Assembly (NCBI GenBank): GCA_002245135.1
Contig: NGBS01000293.1
Coordinates: 434,001 to 498,000 of the forward strand
DNA length: 64,000 nucleotides
Source: Proteromonas lacertae
Taxonomy: Eukaryota
Direction: 5' to 3'
The notes beneath the pieces were generated by a model that saw nothing but the letters and a program-made list of their open reading frames with translations, had not been told where the DNA came from and searched no databases. Made by a program: the position numbers and the translations under genes. Positions 1 to 13,000 of this stretch are shown piece after piece. Position 1 is the stretch's first letter; each line of letters starts with the position of its first letter.

Positions 1-1013
1 CATTGTTAATCAAATGTTTATGTAATGGTAATGTGAATATAATAAGTGGTTTTGAAAAGTGTTTATTTCCATCATTTAATATCATCTTAAGAGATAAAAT
101 AACTGAATTTACACCTTATGTATATCAATTATTAGGTGAATTATTAGAATGTTATGGAAGCAATAATAATAATAATATAAATGATATATATAAAGATTTA
201 TATAATAAAATGATGATTCCCTCTGAATGGGATGATAAAGGCAATAATCCTCCAATGATTAAATATATAATTGCTTATTTAAAAATAGATGTAAATTATA
301 TAATTGCTAATAACTTATTAACAGCTACTTTGGGAATATTTCAAAGATTAATATCTATTAAATCAAGACATTTATATGGATTTGAATTGATTAATTGTAT
401 TATTGAAAGAATACCATATGAAAATATTAAAAGTTATTTGAGTGAAATTATCAAGATATTATTATTTAAAGCTCAAAATAGTAAAAATGATATTCAATTT
501 AGAATGGATGCTATAAGCAGCATATGTTTAATGATTGTAACTTATAAAGATGTGAATATAGTCATTAATGCGATTGAATCTATTCAAAATGGTTTATTTT
601 TGATGGTAATTAGTCAATTGTTTATTCCAATGATTCCTGAATTCTTAAATGAGAAATTAATTAGATGTTTAGTGGTTGGATTATGCTTATTATTCAGTAG
701 TGGCAAAATTGATGATAATACAGTGAAGATAGGAAGTAAAAATATTTTGAATTTGTTATTGAAGAATAATATAAGTGAAATAAAATCGATTGTTGAGAAT
801 GAGATGGAGAATAATGAGTCTATTGAAGAGATGGAATATAATTCAAATTATTCTAAATTGATGTATGCTAAAATAGATGAATCAGTATTATTTCCTGATT
901 TACCTGATACTACAAAGATATTTTCAAATTTCCTGTCTAATTTGGTTATACAAAATAAATATGAAGCTGATAATGAAGTGAAGGAATATTTAACTAAATA
1001 TCCTCCAAATTAA
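1..1013 (+). CDS. CSE1: Exportin-2/CSE1 (CAS) C-terminal part; 5' end lies outside the window
   Basis: ORF 3..1013 contains FEKCLFPSFNIIL..DKITEFTPYVYQLL, W..KGNNPPM and LGIFQRLIS....HLYGFELI, which match the CAS/CSE1 C-terminal domain. Confidence 0.85.
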   Translation, partial: LLIKCLCNGNVNIISGFEKCLFPSFNIILRDKITEFTPYVYQLLGELLECYGSNNNNNINDIYKDLYNKMMIPSEWDDKGNNPPMIKYIIAYLKIDVNYIIANNLLTATLGIFQRLISIKSRHLYGFELINCIIERIPYENIKSYLSEIIKILLFKAQNSKNDIQFRMDAISSICLMIVTYKDVNIVINAIESIQNGLFLMVISQLFIPMIPEFLNEKLIRCLVVGLCLLFSSGKIDDNTVKIGSKNILNLLLKNNISEIKSIVENEMENNESIEEMEYNSNYSKLMYAKIDESVLFPDLPDTTKIFSNFLSNLVIQNKYEADNEVKEYLTKYPPN

Positions 1014-1127
1014 AATCATATTTCTGTTATTATATTCTTTTTTCTATTTTTACATTATATTTTTTCTTTACAAACAAACAAATATATATAAAGAATCATT
1101 TTTATAATTAGATATTTTCAGAAATTA

Positions 1128-2886
1128 TCAACTAAAAGCAGCTTTACGATATTCACTACCTTTGATATATCCATCGTAATATCCATTTTTTATATCTTCA
1201 CTATCATTTTCTTCATAAAATACATAAACTATATTATCATAACCATTTAGAAAACCTTCTCCATATCCACGTATATAGTCTTTACTCAATTCAACTTTTT
1301 TATCTTTTACTATTATCTTTTCTATTTTAATCTCTTTTCCAATTTCATTTAATTCTTTTATCTTCTTCTTTAATTCTTCATTTTCATCTTCGCTACATTT
1401 AATACTATCAATTTCCAGCTTTTTAAAACTATTCATCTTTGATATACCATCTATTAACTTTATTATATCTTCATACTTTACAAATTCTCCACGCATATTT
1501 AAATATTCCAAACATTCATATTTTTCGATGTTGTTTATAAAAGCATTTATATCACTTACATTATTACCATTTATATATAATTCTTTTAATTTTGGAACTT
1601 CACATAAACTTTTACATAACTCTTCAAATGCTTTGTCTCATATCTTACATTCATTTAAACTAAGAATCTCTAACTTTGATAAATGTTTTATATTTTTACA
1701 TAATTCATTTATATCCATTACAGCAATTAGATTATGATCAAATCGAAACTCTATTAATTCACTGAATTTATCTAAGTTCTTTATTATTTCATGATTACTT
1801 TTTATATATTGGCCATTATGTCTAAGACTTAATCTCTTTAATTTCATTAATTCACTTCCTCTTTCTGTTAATCTTTCAATTCCATTACTCAATATCTCAT
1901 CTTCATCTTTTATATCAAAATGACAGATTGTGCCTAACTTTAAACATTCGATTTCTATGGGAAGTATATCTATTAAATTAATCATTAAACTATTATTTAT
2001 TTCAATGTAACCGAATTTCAAATTCTTTAAGTTCTTCAATCCACCTATTTCATTTATTAGCTCACTATTTATATTATCATCAGAATCTATCAATTCCAAA
2101 TTTTCTAGATTTTCTTTATTTGGTAATGCACATAGTATTTTCTTTACAGAATCACAACCAAATGGGTTAATTATTAAACTCTTTAGTTTCTTTAATTCAC
2201 ATATCTTATCTTTCAGCTCATTATAAGTATTTGTACTTTTATCATATGTGAAAATATGATGTAATTCTAAATTTATTATATTACATAAATTCACATCTTC
2301 GAATAAAGATTTCATTGACCCATTCTTAAAGTAATAAAAATTGATGGATAGATCTTCAAGATTAGGAGAATTCTTTAATAGACTATTTATAAATTTTATA
2401 GCATTCTCACTTACATGTGGAATACGTACTATTCATTTATAACATTATATTAAAATATATTTATACTGTCTAGTTTCAACTTTTTTAAATTCTTATGCAA
2501 TTCATTCTTGTATTCATTAAAACATTCATCTATACCACATTGATTTGGTAACTCACATCTTATACTTATTTCACTCAAGTCACTTAGATTGGTTGCATAT
2601 TTGAACAAATTACGAATATCATCACTATTTAATTCACCACCACTATCATTTAACCATTTCGCTGCATCACAATACTCTAAAACATAAAAATTACACAAAA
2701 TACTAACATACTCTTTTTTAACTCATCTTCACATTCAGCACTCATCAATCCATTCTCATCGGATTTTCCATCACCTATGTTGTTAAAAATAAACTACTTA
2801 CTAAAACTATCTCTCTTTAACATATCTCTGTTCACTTCATTATAGGAATCTTCTTCAATTAAAGTGAAATCTATTTCAGTTGACAT
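1128..2886 (-). CDS. Leucine-rich-repeat (RNI-like) protein with 3 small introns and an in-frame TGA at 1638-1640 (possible pseudogene)
   Basis: ATG at 2886 and short GT-AG introns join ORFs 2450-2698, 1638-2315 and 1128-1511. LxxLxLxxN repeats are present. The frame reads through the TGA: LNECKI*DKAFEELCKSL. Confidence 0.7.
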
Positions 2887-3113
2887 TATTTCTAACACAC
2901 AATGTAGAAAAAGAAATTAGAAATAGAAGAAAAGAGTATAGTTAATAAATATAATTATAATATTCAAAACATCGTAAAATGTTCAGTTATCTATTTTTTA
3001 AAAACTTAAAATATCTCGATAATCAGCTTCATTTAGCATAAAATTATTTAATAAATATTAACAGAGAATAAATATCAAAATAATAAATCAATAATAATAA
3101 AAAGCATGCTTAT

Positions 3114-4855
3114 TCAATTGTTAACATCTTTTGGATGTTTTTCTTTCATACTTCTTTTAAAATCTTCATAATTTAGCATATCATTTCCTTCTATATTTAA
3201 TTCCTTTAATTTACTACATTTATAAAGACTGTTTATCAGTATTTCTCCTCCATTATCATCTATTCCAATATTTACTAATCTTAACGTATGTAAATTTGGA
3301 ATTCTATCTAAATAGTCACACAGATTACTTACTCCTTTATTACCAATATTATTATCTATTTTTATAATAACACTATAAATACTGGAAATCTTTAAATCAC
3401 CTAAATTTGGAATATCTTTGAAATGTGAAGCTAAATAATGCATGTCAATATCTTCTAATTCACATTCTATTCAAAAAAAAAAAACACATAACAATAATAA
3501 ATAAATAAATATATATATATACCTCCTAATCCAAGTGTAGTTAATTTTGGAATGAAATGTAGATTTTCACAGAATACTCTTAATCCACCTTTACCAATTT
3601 TATTATCACTTAATTCTAATTCTTCCAAATTTGGAAAGAATTTTAAACATTCTGAGAATATATTTAATCCAACTGAAGTTACATTATTCACTGTAAGAAT
3701 ATAATTATCACAGTATATATTATACCACTAATATCAATATAATTTACATTATTCATTAATTTGCAGCATATATACTTCATTCCATCATCTCCCATCTCAA
3801 CTAATTATTATTATTATATTCAATGATTATATTCTTATACAATTACTGAAATATAATCCACTTTCATTTTCTTTTAATTTATCAATTTCACTATCAATAT
3901 GTTTCTCTATTCAAAAATATTATATAAGGTTATACTCTTATCTTCATCAATCTTTAAATCTTCATCAGCAAAAGGAATTACTGGAAGTTCTAGATTATTG
4001 ATTTCTATTCCATTAATATGATTATGTTATATACTTTCCAATTCCTCCAATATTTTATCAAGTTCTAAACGATCTTTCTTTTCTTTAACAAGTATTTTTT
4101 CTAAAAATAAGTTAGATTTATCACTATCTTTACATTCTAATGGCTTATATTCTATGTTTCGAATATTATCAATTGTCTCAGATATGTTTTCACCAATAAA
4201 AGCATATTTACCACTCACAATATAATAGAATATTAAACCAAAACTCCAAATATCACTTGATTTATTTAACTCTTTTCCTAATAATTCATCATAACAAACA
4301 AAACATAAATCCTCTATATTCAAATATCCTCTTATCATTCCTTCTCTTCCTTTGTATAACAGATTATTACAATAATCATTAATTATTACTTCATTTTCAT
4401 CATTCAAAAAGATATTAGGATGGTTTTAAATCACTGTGAATTGTATTATTTTCATGTAAACTCTTTAATACCATTAATATTCCATTTAATATTTCGAATA
4501 CACCACTCTCTTCAAAGTATTTCACAGGATTTATTCTATCTAAATGAGTATCACATTCTCTTATCACTCTATATAAACAATTTCCATCTTTTTCGATATT
4601 TTTATATTCCATCAAACCTATTAATTTCATACCATTTATCCTTTTCATCCTATTTACTACACTATCAACTACTTTTTGATCTAACATGTTAACATCCATT
4701 TCTTTTAATAAATATTTCTTTGATTCATCTTTTTTATCTTTAATTTCGTATATTCCATTGTAATTTTGTGGATTTACTAACTATTACAAAACAATAAATA
4801 GTAACTTATATACTTCATAATTATTTTTATTCAACCATGAATTAAGTGATTCCAT
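3114..4855 (-). CDS. Divergent protein kinase fused to RNI-like LRRs; about 7 small introns and a +1 frameshift at ~4417
   Basis: Kinase motifs IHSDLKPS(N)IFL and SDIWSFGLIFYYI are present but DFG is not conserved. C-terminal LRRs include LELSDNKIGKGG and LNIEGND. Confidence 0.75.
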
Positions 4856-5008
4856 TATGTCAAATCAATAATAAGCTATGTTAAGTGAGTATTTACTTAA
4901 AAGAAATTCAAGCTTGTAACTAAGCTTGAGAATTTTCTTTTTTTCTTTTTTTCTTTTCTTAACTAATACAGTTAAGTAGTTTTTAAATTCACAAATACAG
5001 TAAATAGA

Positions 5009-5736
5009 ATGTCAAAACCAACAAAAGAAGAAGTAGCAAGTCTTTTTGATAAGTATTCAGAAACTTTTGACGAAAGACCATTTTCAAAAGTCATATCTCA
5101 ACTATTTGTGGATATAATAGACAAGCTTGATTTATTAAAACCAGAATATGAATGTTTAGTATGTTTTTATGATTTTAGTGAAATAATTAGGAATTTGGAG
5201 TTGGAACTGGTAATTTCCCCTTTCATATAATCGACAAAGTAAAACATGTTCATGGAATTGATTCTTCAGAAGGAATGTTAGAAAAATTTAAAGAAAAAAT
5301 CGAAAAATCACATTATGAGGATAAAATGAGTTATGAATGTGTATTTCTAGAAAAAACAAATCAATTGAATAAAACATTTGATTGTGTATATGCTCAACTT
5401 ACTGCTCACCATGTTGAAGATTTGAATAATCTGTTCAACATACTTGTATAATTTATTATAATATAATAATTATAGTCTTCTCATTTAAAACCTGGAGGTT
5501 TATTCTTTTTAAGTGAATTTGAAAAATCAGATATTTCCCATTTATTCCACAGTGATCCTACAACAGTATTTCATCCAGGTATGATTGCTGATGACATTCA
5601 TACGTATATGAAGAACAATGGAATTGAACCATGTGAACCTGTTCGATTTAGAGTTGATAAAGAAAGTACTTTACCAAGTGGAGAGAAGAAGACTATGAAC
5701 CATGGAATGATATTCTTCTATGGTTATAAAAAGTAA
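5009..5736 (+). CDS. Class I SAM-dependent methyltransferase, 2 introns
   Basis: The spliced product has LEFGVGTG (motif I), VHGIDSSEGML, FDCVYAQLTAHHVEDL and HLKPGG. Confidence 0.85.
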
Positions 5737-5797
5737 GATAGTTATACTTTTGATTTTATCTTCATTGATTGTGTTGAAAAATGAAAAACAAAAATTT

Positions 5798-5879
5798 CGT
5801 CAGACGCAGGATTCGAACCTACGCGGGCAGAGCCCATCAGATTTCAAGTCTGACTCCTTAACCACTCGGACAGCCTGAC
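5798..5879 (-). tRNA. tRNA-Ser (anticodon UGA)
   Basis: The reverse complement GTCAGGCTGTCCGAGTGGTTAAGGAGTCAGACTTGAAATCTGATGGGCTCTGCCCGCGTAGGTTCGAATCCTGCGTCTGACG shows a TCAGA/TCTGA anticodon stem, loop CT-TGA-AA, a long variable arm and a GTTCGAATC T-loop. Confidence 0.97.
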
Positions 5880-5968
5880 ACGGAATTTTTGATTCAAAGT
5901 GTCTGTATGAGTATATTGATAAAAAGAAGAAACGAGTATTTTTTTTGCATTTTTCATTTTAAATTTTA

Positions 5969-6979
5969 ATGCCAACAACCGAAGAATATTTTCAAAGAAT
6001 GTATAGTAGTACAATATTTATGCAATGATAGATGTTCTGATCAGTTGCAATTAAAAGATCTAGTTTCATTTATGGAATTAGTTGTTTCTGATCCAAATGT
6101 AATACCTCTATGTCAGCAGGCATTTGAAACTAATGCAACGGACGTACAATTTAAAGTATTAATCATTATTCTATCGAAAATAGTCTTTAATGATTTGGGG
6201 TAAAGTAATACTACGTAAATGGAACACATTTACACAGAGCAATTTAGAGAATATGTTGAATTATTTCTTTACAACAATATCATTTTTTTGAGAGAAATTA
6301 CAAGATTAACCTTAATCCAATATAATTAATTAATAATCAAAGTTTACAACAAGCGGTAATAGACAAAATATTTCTAAATATAACGACAATATGGAAGAAA
6401 TTATGGTATTCCAATCAAAATTATGTCGATCTTCAATTCAATAACCAAGTTGATTTATTATGTAAAGAGAATAACTATCGAACAATGTTCTTATGTTTAA
6501 AAATGATGAAAACAACTATTGAAACATTTAACAACAATAATGAATATGAATTACATACTTCCAGTGAAAATCAATTGAAATTGTTTAAATATAGTTGTGA
6601 GAATTATTATTATAAGATTATACTAATATCTAAGCAATTCTTTGAATTATTAATCACTCAATTAAAACAGTTAAATTCATTAAAATCATCTGATGCTATT
6701 AATAATATTAACGCATATAATGTGAATGATTTGATGAGAGAAATATTTCGTTTATTTCAAACTATGTTTGAGAATTCAAACCCTCAAATATTAATCAATT
6801 CAAATAATAATAACAGTGATAATAATAATAATAATAATAATGAATATTATATGAAGATATACCCGAGTTGGTCAAATGAGATATTTAGTATAATGAGTTA
6901 TTTAGTTGAAATATATAATGAATTAATAAGAATGAAAGATTTTGATCATATTGAAGCTTTATTTAATTTATTCATTCAA

Positions 6980-7025
<46 letters not shown>

Positions 7026-9767
7026 TTTATATTATTATTATTATTATTTAGCTTGCATCTGCTCAAGGAGAAATATTCAAAAATAATGAATATCCACTTA
7101 AATACTTGCAAACACTAATACAAATATATATAAAAATGATTTCAGTTGAAAATGTTGAAATGGATGGAGACATTGAAATTCAATGTAATTTGTATTTATC
7201 CATCAGCGAATATGTAAATAAAATATCCAATAATTTTACTATCTTTTTATTATCACAAATTCCAGAATATGAAAGTTTCATTAAGTCATTTATTCAGATG
7301 GTTATTACAATGTGGCAGTTAACTTCAAAATCAATTGAAAGTGAGAATCTTACGCAGTTTGAAACATATTCTCAATATAATGCAGAATGTTTTGAATATA
7401 ATATTAATTCATTATCACATTTTCTTATATATGAAGTATATTATATATATATATTAATATATTTTATTTTCTATTATAGAATTCACATAAAGATCCAAAT
7501 ATAGTAAATATTGCCAAGTATTTATTTACTACAATTTGTCAGTCAATGATAGTGATTAAAGTAAATTCAATAGAGTTAGTAAATGAAGAATATTTTCGTG
7601 AAGACATAATTGATGAAAATGTATATTTTATATATTAATATTGTTATGTTTTTAATAGTTAATTTATTTGGGATTAATCGGAAGATTATGTATTGAAGAT
7701 GCATTAGAATATTTAGCAACAATTCATACATCAATAATCAGTCAAATTTCCATATTAACTTCTACAACAATTAGTGAATCAGATACAAACATTTTCTGGG
7801 AGAAATGCTATTGGTTATTTACATTTATAATGTATTTAACAACTGATGAATGTGAAGGTGAAATACCATTAATTCCACATGTATTATTATTATTATTATT
7901 TTAATAGTTGATAAATGAATATAGTTCGAAATACACAAACCTATCTGAAGATAAATTCGTTCAGTTTATGAATATAGTGATTAAAAGTTATTGTGATTTA
8001 TTTCTTACTCCTTACCTTAATTCTAGTGATATTGTAGTTGAACAATATTTTAAATTCTTAGCTCGTTTCTTAAAGACTTATTTTTATTGTGATTTATCAA
8101 ATTATTGTAATTCTGTAAGTCAAAATATTATTCTAAGTTATGGAAGAATTGATGATACAAATATCAATATTGAAGTATTATATTAATATATAAATAATGT
8201 TTATATTTATAGTTTGTTGATTATATAATTACATTCATTTCCAAAAGTCTTATCAATTTTGAAGATGAAGTTATATCAGGAAGAATTATCGATTGTTTAG
8301 ATTATTTTTTACACAATATAAAATCAATAAAAACATCAGTAGTTCAACTACAATCATTTCAACTTTTAACTACTTCATTATTGTTATTATTCCATTCTAA
8401 AACATCACAACTTACACTCAATATTCCAATCCAACATAGTCAATTAAAACTGAAGAATTTGAGTGATGATTCAATATCTAAATTGTGCAAGATTATCATT
8501 CCATTTTATGATGAAACTGTGATAAAACAAATGATAAATCACATTATTGTAGCATTTTTAGAGTTTTATGTGAAAATGGAAACTAATAATCAATATATAG
8601 GTAGAAACAGAGATAAACTGATATTATATTTAACAATTCTATCAAACATGTTTGAAATGAAAGTGAATAATTTTGAATCAGTTGTTTTGCCTTTGATTTT
8701 TCCAATATTTGAGAAGTTTTCAACAATTTTAAATCATTTTCCTTCTGATGAAATTGTTTTGAAAAGATATTGAAAATATATTATTCATTACTTAATAACA
8801 ATGTATAATCATTCATTTTTATTATGTTTAAATAGTTTTATTCAATCACTCCTGAAGAATTAAGAATGATTATCATAATTCTATCCGTTTTATTCGATCA
8901 ATATGTAAAGAATTATCCACCCAATCAAAATATCTCAAAAGATAAAGAATTCGCATTATATAAACGATTAAAATTAATAATAAAAATAGAAAATTGTCTT
9001 TTAGACAATTGTAGAATGGGAATTAATGATATAAATCTATCAAATGAGTTGAAATTATTAATATTAAAAGGATTTCATATTATTCTTTTTTCCACAAATC
9101 AAGGTATATTGTATTATACAAAGTTATATTTACCATTTTATTCCTTGATCAGAGATATTTCTCAAATATTACCAACAGAATTGTTGAATTCATTATCTTT
9201 GGAATTATTTAAGTTGTTAATGGAAAAGATCGAGTTTGGCTTGAATTCTCCATCTTATAAGTTGGTTTATTATTCATTAGAATCCTTTGCATCTATTTTA
9301 TCATCTCATGTAAAGTTGGTACTGGAAAATAAACAGCTTGTTAATCAAAATTCTGTTGGTTTATATACACTTATTCAATCAATTCCAAGTATAATAATAT
9401 AATATTTATTTTACTATTTTTCAATAGATTTTTTCTCTGTTTATTTACTATTTGTGCTTCATTTAATGATTAAAGAAGTTTGGTCTGATAGTATCATTGA
9501 ACCAGCTGCTAATGTCATTTTAATATTAATCATTTGTGATCAAGTATAGATTTATTTATATTGTAATATTTATATAATTAGAATGAATTTAAAAACTTTC
9601 CTGTTAAATTTATAGAAAATGAAAAGCTATTTGCTCATGAAAAAGAGGTTATGGATGAATTTAATAAATTGCTGTTAAATGTGCAACTAAACCTTGACAA
9701 AAACAATCAAGCTATTTTCCAAGAGAATTTAAAACAGTTTGTGTGGAATATAAAGTCATTATTGTAA
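5969..9767 (+). CDS. Karyopherin-beta family protein, exportin-4-like; about 10 U2 introns, one U12-type intron and an apparent 1-nt frameshift at ~8765
   Basis: The spliced N-terminus has the importin-N pattern (PLCQQAFE...VQFKSLMIWGKVILRKW...ITTIWKKLW). It also has GLIGR, WEKCYWL and CEGEIPLIP, which resemble XPO4. Confidence 0.75.
6277..6325 (+). other. U12-type intron with AT-AA termini, 49 nt
   Basis: 5' end ATATCATT, branch-like CCTTAAT ending 9 nt before the 3' end. Removal gives in-frame FFTT|LINNQSLQ, and I found no GT-AG solution. Confidence 0.75.
6981..7023. repeat. (TA)n microsatellite inside an intron
   Basis: About 21 perfect TA units follow the GT donor at 6980. Confidence 0.95.
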
Positions 9768-10058
9768 TTGTTATTTGATTTATGTTACTGCTATTCTCTA
9801 ATGGTGTATAAAAAATGTTGTATAAATCATAATGACATTTTTGGGATGTTCATTTAGTTCTACATAATTATTTCCTTCATTTTCAATATAATAGTGGTTA
9901 TTATAGTATATTAAGATATAAATAAAATAATGCTAATGGTGCTGCCATTTGTAATACCATATTATCTATTTTTAATGAAAAAAAATGTTTTAAATAAAAT
10001 AGGCTTGAGAAGAGTTTGGTTTCAAAGTTGTAATTAAAAATTCAATTTTGAAATACTT

Positions 10059-13000
10059 ATGAATGAGCAAGAAATTGAATTAACTGATGTTACAAGTGAT
10101 AAAAACACCCAACTTCCAATAATAGATGTATCACTAAACACTGCGAAAGAAGCTTTAGAACATGGTTATGAATACTATGCTAAACAGATAAAGACAATGT
10201 TACCTGATTTACCTCCAGTAGATATAGCAATGAAAGGTGTTAATGTAACTGCACAACAACCAATTAGTGCAAAACATGGTACAACTAATGTTTTATCAGG
10301 TTTTTACAACCAAATTAGAAGCTTGTTTCCATGCGGATTATATACACCAAAATCAGTTCTCAGAAATATCACATTTAGATTTAAACCTGGTACTTCAACA
10401 TTAGTAATGGGTCCTCCATCATGTGGCAGCTCCACTGTATTGAAAGCACTGGCAGAAATCTTACCCAAAAGTCAAATTAGTGGAAGTATAAAATGCAATG
10501 GCAAGGATTTGAGTGAATTAAACTGGAAAAGATATTCTAGTTTCTGTGGACAATTAGATATTCATTTACCGCTATTAACAGTAAAGGAAACATTCGATTT
10601 CGCAGTTGCATGTTTAAATGGTAAAGGAGAAATGAAAAGTAAAGGTCATTCAATGATAGAAGATGATATTAACTTAAGAACAGATTTATTCCTCACATTA
10701 TTAGGTTTAAAGAATTGTGAAAACACAATCGTTGGAGATGCAGTTCATCGTGGTTGTAGTGGTGGTGAAATGAAGAGAGTGAGTTTGGGAGAGTCATTAT
10801 TAACACCATCAAGGGTGTTGCTCCTTGATAAAATCAGTACTGGTTTAGATAGTGCAGTAACATTTGATATTTGTAAATTCTTAAATCAATGGACAAAAAT
10901 ATTTGAAGGAATCTTAGTATGTCACTTGTTACAACCAGATCCTGAGGTAATTGCATTATTTGATAATATGATAATATTGAGTGAAGGTCAAGTTACTTAT
11001 GCTGGTCCATGTGATGGAATATTACCTTATTTCAATTCAATTGGTTATGAAATGATAGAAGGAAAAGATTTAGGTGCATTTATCTGTGAAGTTGGTAAAG
11101 AAGAAACAAGAATAGTTTATCGAAAAGATGAATCAATTCCATTAACAACTCAATATTTAGTAGAGAAATATGAAATGAGTGATTTGAAGAAGAATAATCT
11201 AGAAAGTGTGAATGAAAAAGTAGAAAAAACAGAAGTTCCAAAGAATGATTATAATGAAACGATGTTCAATAAATCCCATCCAATGCCATTTTGGCATGAA
11301 TTAATGTACTTATTAAGAAGGCAATTAACTATCACTTTACAAGATAAAGGATTTATAATGATAAGATTATTACAACAAGTAATAATGGGTTTAATATATG
11401 GATGGATATTCTTTCAAGTAGATTCAAATGATTATATTGCCAGATGTGGCTCGGTTGTAGCTTGTGTAATGACATTGGTAAATACTGCAATGTCATTAGT
11501 TATTGCAATCTTTAGACAAAAGCCTGTCTTATATAAGCAAGTCCAAAGAGGATATTTCTCAGTTCCTTCGTATGTTCTAAGTGTTGTTGTGAATCAATAT
11601 CCTATGCAATTAATAGAAGTAGTGATATATGGTTCAATTATCTATTTTATGAGTGGATTTAGTTTGACTGAAGGTGGTTCACATTATTTCATATTCATAG
11701 CCTATTTGTTTATAGGATATATCACATTTACCTCATTTCAGTTGATTATGATGTATTTATATGGAAAATTAGCTGTATTATCCGCTTTCTTACCAATTGT
11801 TGGATTCTTTTTAAACTCATTTAATGGCTTCAATATAACTCGTAATACTTTACCCAAATGGTTAATCGAGTTTTATTATTTCAGTCCAATGAGTTATATG
11901 ATTAAAGGAATGGCAATAAATGAATTTACAAGTAGTAAATATAACCGTGAAGATGCAATTCGTTATTTAGAAGCATTTGATTTTCCAACAGATAAGAATG
12001 AACAATGGCAATATTTCTTGATATTAATTTGTGAATGTATTGTGTTTATAATTCTACAAATGATTGTATTACATTATATTGTATATGATCCATTTCCACC
12101 AAGTAAAACCGTTTCAATAAAAGATGTGAAAGCTGTTGATGTAACAAGACAAAGTGAAATGAGTGCAAGATCTTCAGCTTCAGAAGTTAATTTTAACACA
12201 GTTGATTTTTCATTTGAACATATAAAATATACAGTAAAAGTAAAAGATGCATCAAGTAAAAGAAAGATAGATAAAGTATTATTGAATGATGTAAGTGGAT
12301 ATGTTCGAGCTCACAGTATGACAGCATTAATGGGAGCAAGTGGAGCTGGTAAAACAACATTATTAGATGTATTAGCAAACAGAAAAACACAAGGAAAGAT
12401 AGAAGGTAAATTCTTATTGAATGGAAAAGAATATAAAATGAAAGATTTATGTATGATAAGTGGATATGTTGAACAACAAGATACATTACCTGAAACTGAG
12501 ACAGTAATGGATGCATTGATGTTTAGTGCCAGATTAAGATATCCAGGTCATCCTCGAGAATCTACAATCCACAATTATGTAAAACAGGTAATTGAATTAT
12601 TAGAATTAAAAGAATATAAAGATATGATGATAGGTGCTCCAGATAGTGGTTTACCAATGGGTGTTCGAAAATTGGTGATGGTAGGAATCGAATTAGTAGC
12701 TAATCCATCAATATTATTCTTAGATGAACCAACAACTGGATTAGATAGTTCAGCTGCTTTATTAGTATGTCAAGTCTTACAAAGAATCGCAGCAAGTGGC
12801 CGAAGTATAATTTGTACAATCCATCAACCATCATTTGAAATATTCAAGTTATTTAGTGATGTATTACTATTAGAAAGAGGTGGAAAAGTAGTATATTTTG
12901 GTCCACTTGGTGAAAATGGTAGTAAAGTAGTAGAATATATGGAAAAGATTGATGGAGTTAGTGGAATTGGTAAAGATCAAAATCCAGCCAGTTGGATGTT

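Noticed and set aside
9780..9960. Small minus-strand gene (also ~60200-60370 and ~29600-30290)
   Set aside because: The sequence is coding-like but has several stops and no consistent splice solution, so it is at most a decayed remnant.
12193..12516. Short antisense or alternate-frame ORFs in the track (12193, 16769, 25660, 27364, 38074, 54110 and others)
   Set aside because: They are shadows of real genes with biased F/L/I/S composition, and they recur only because the host genes are duplicated.
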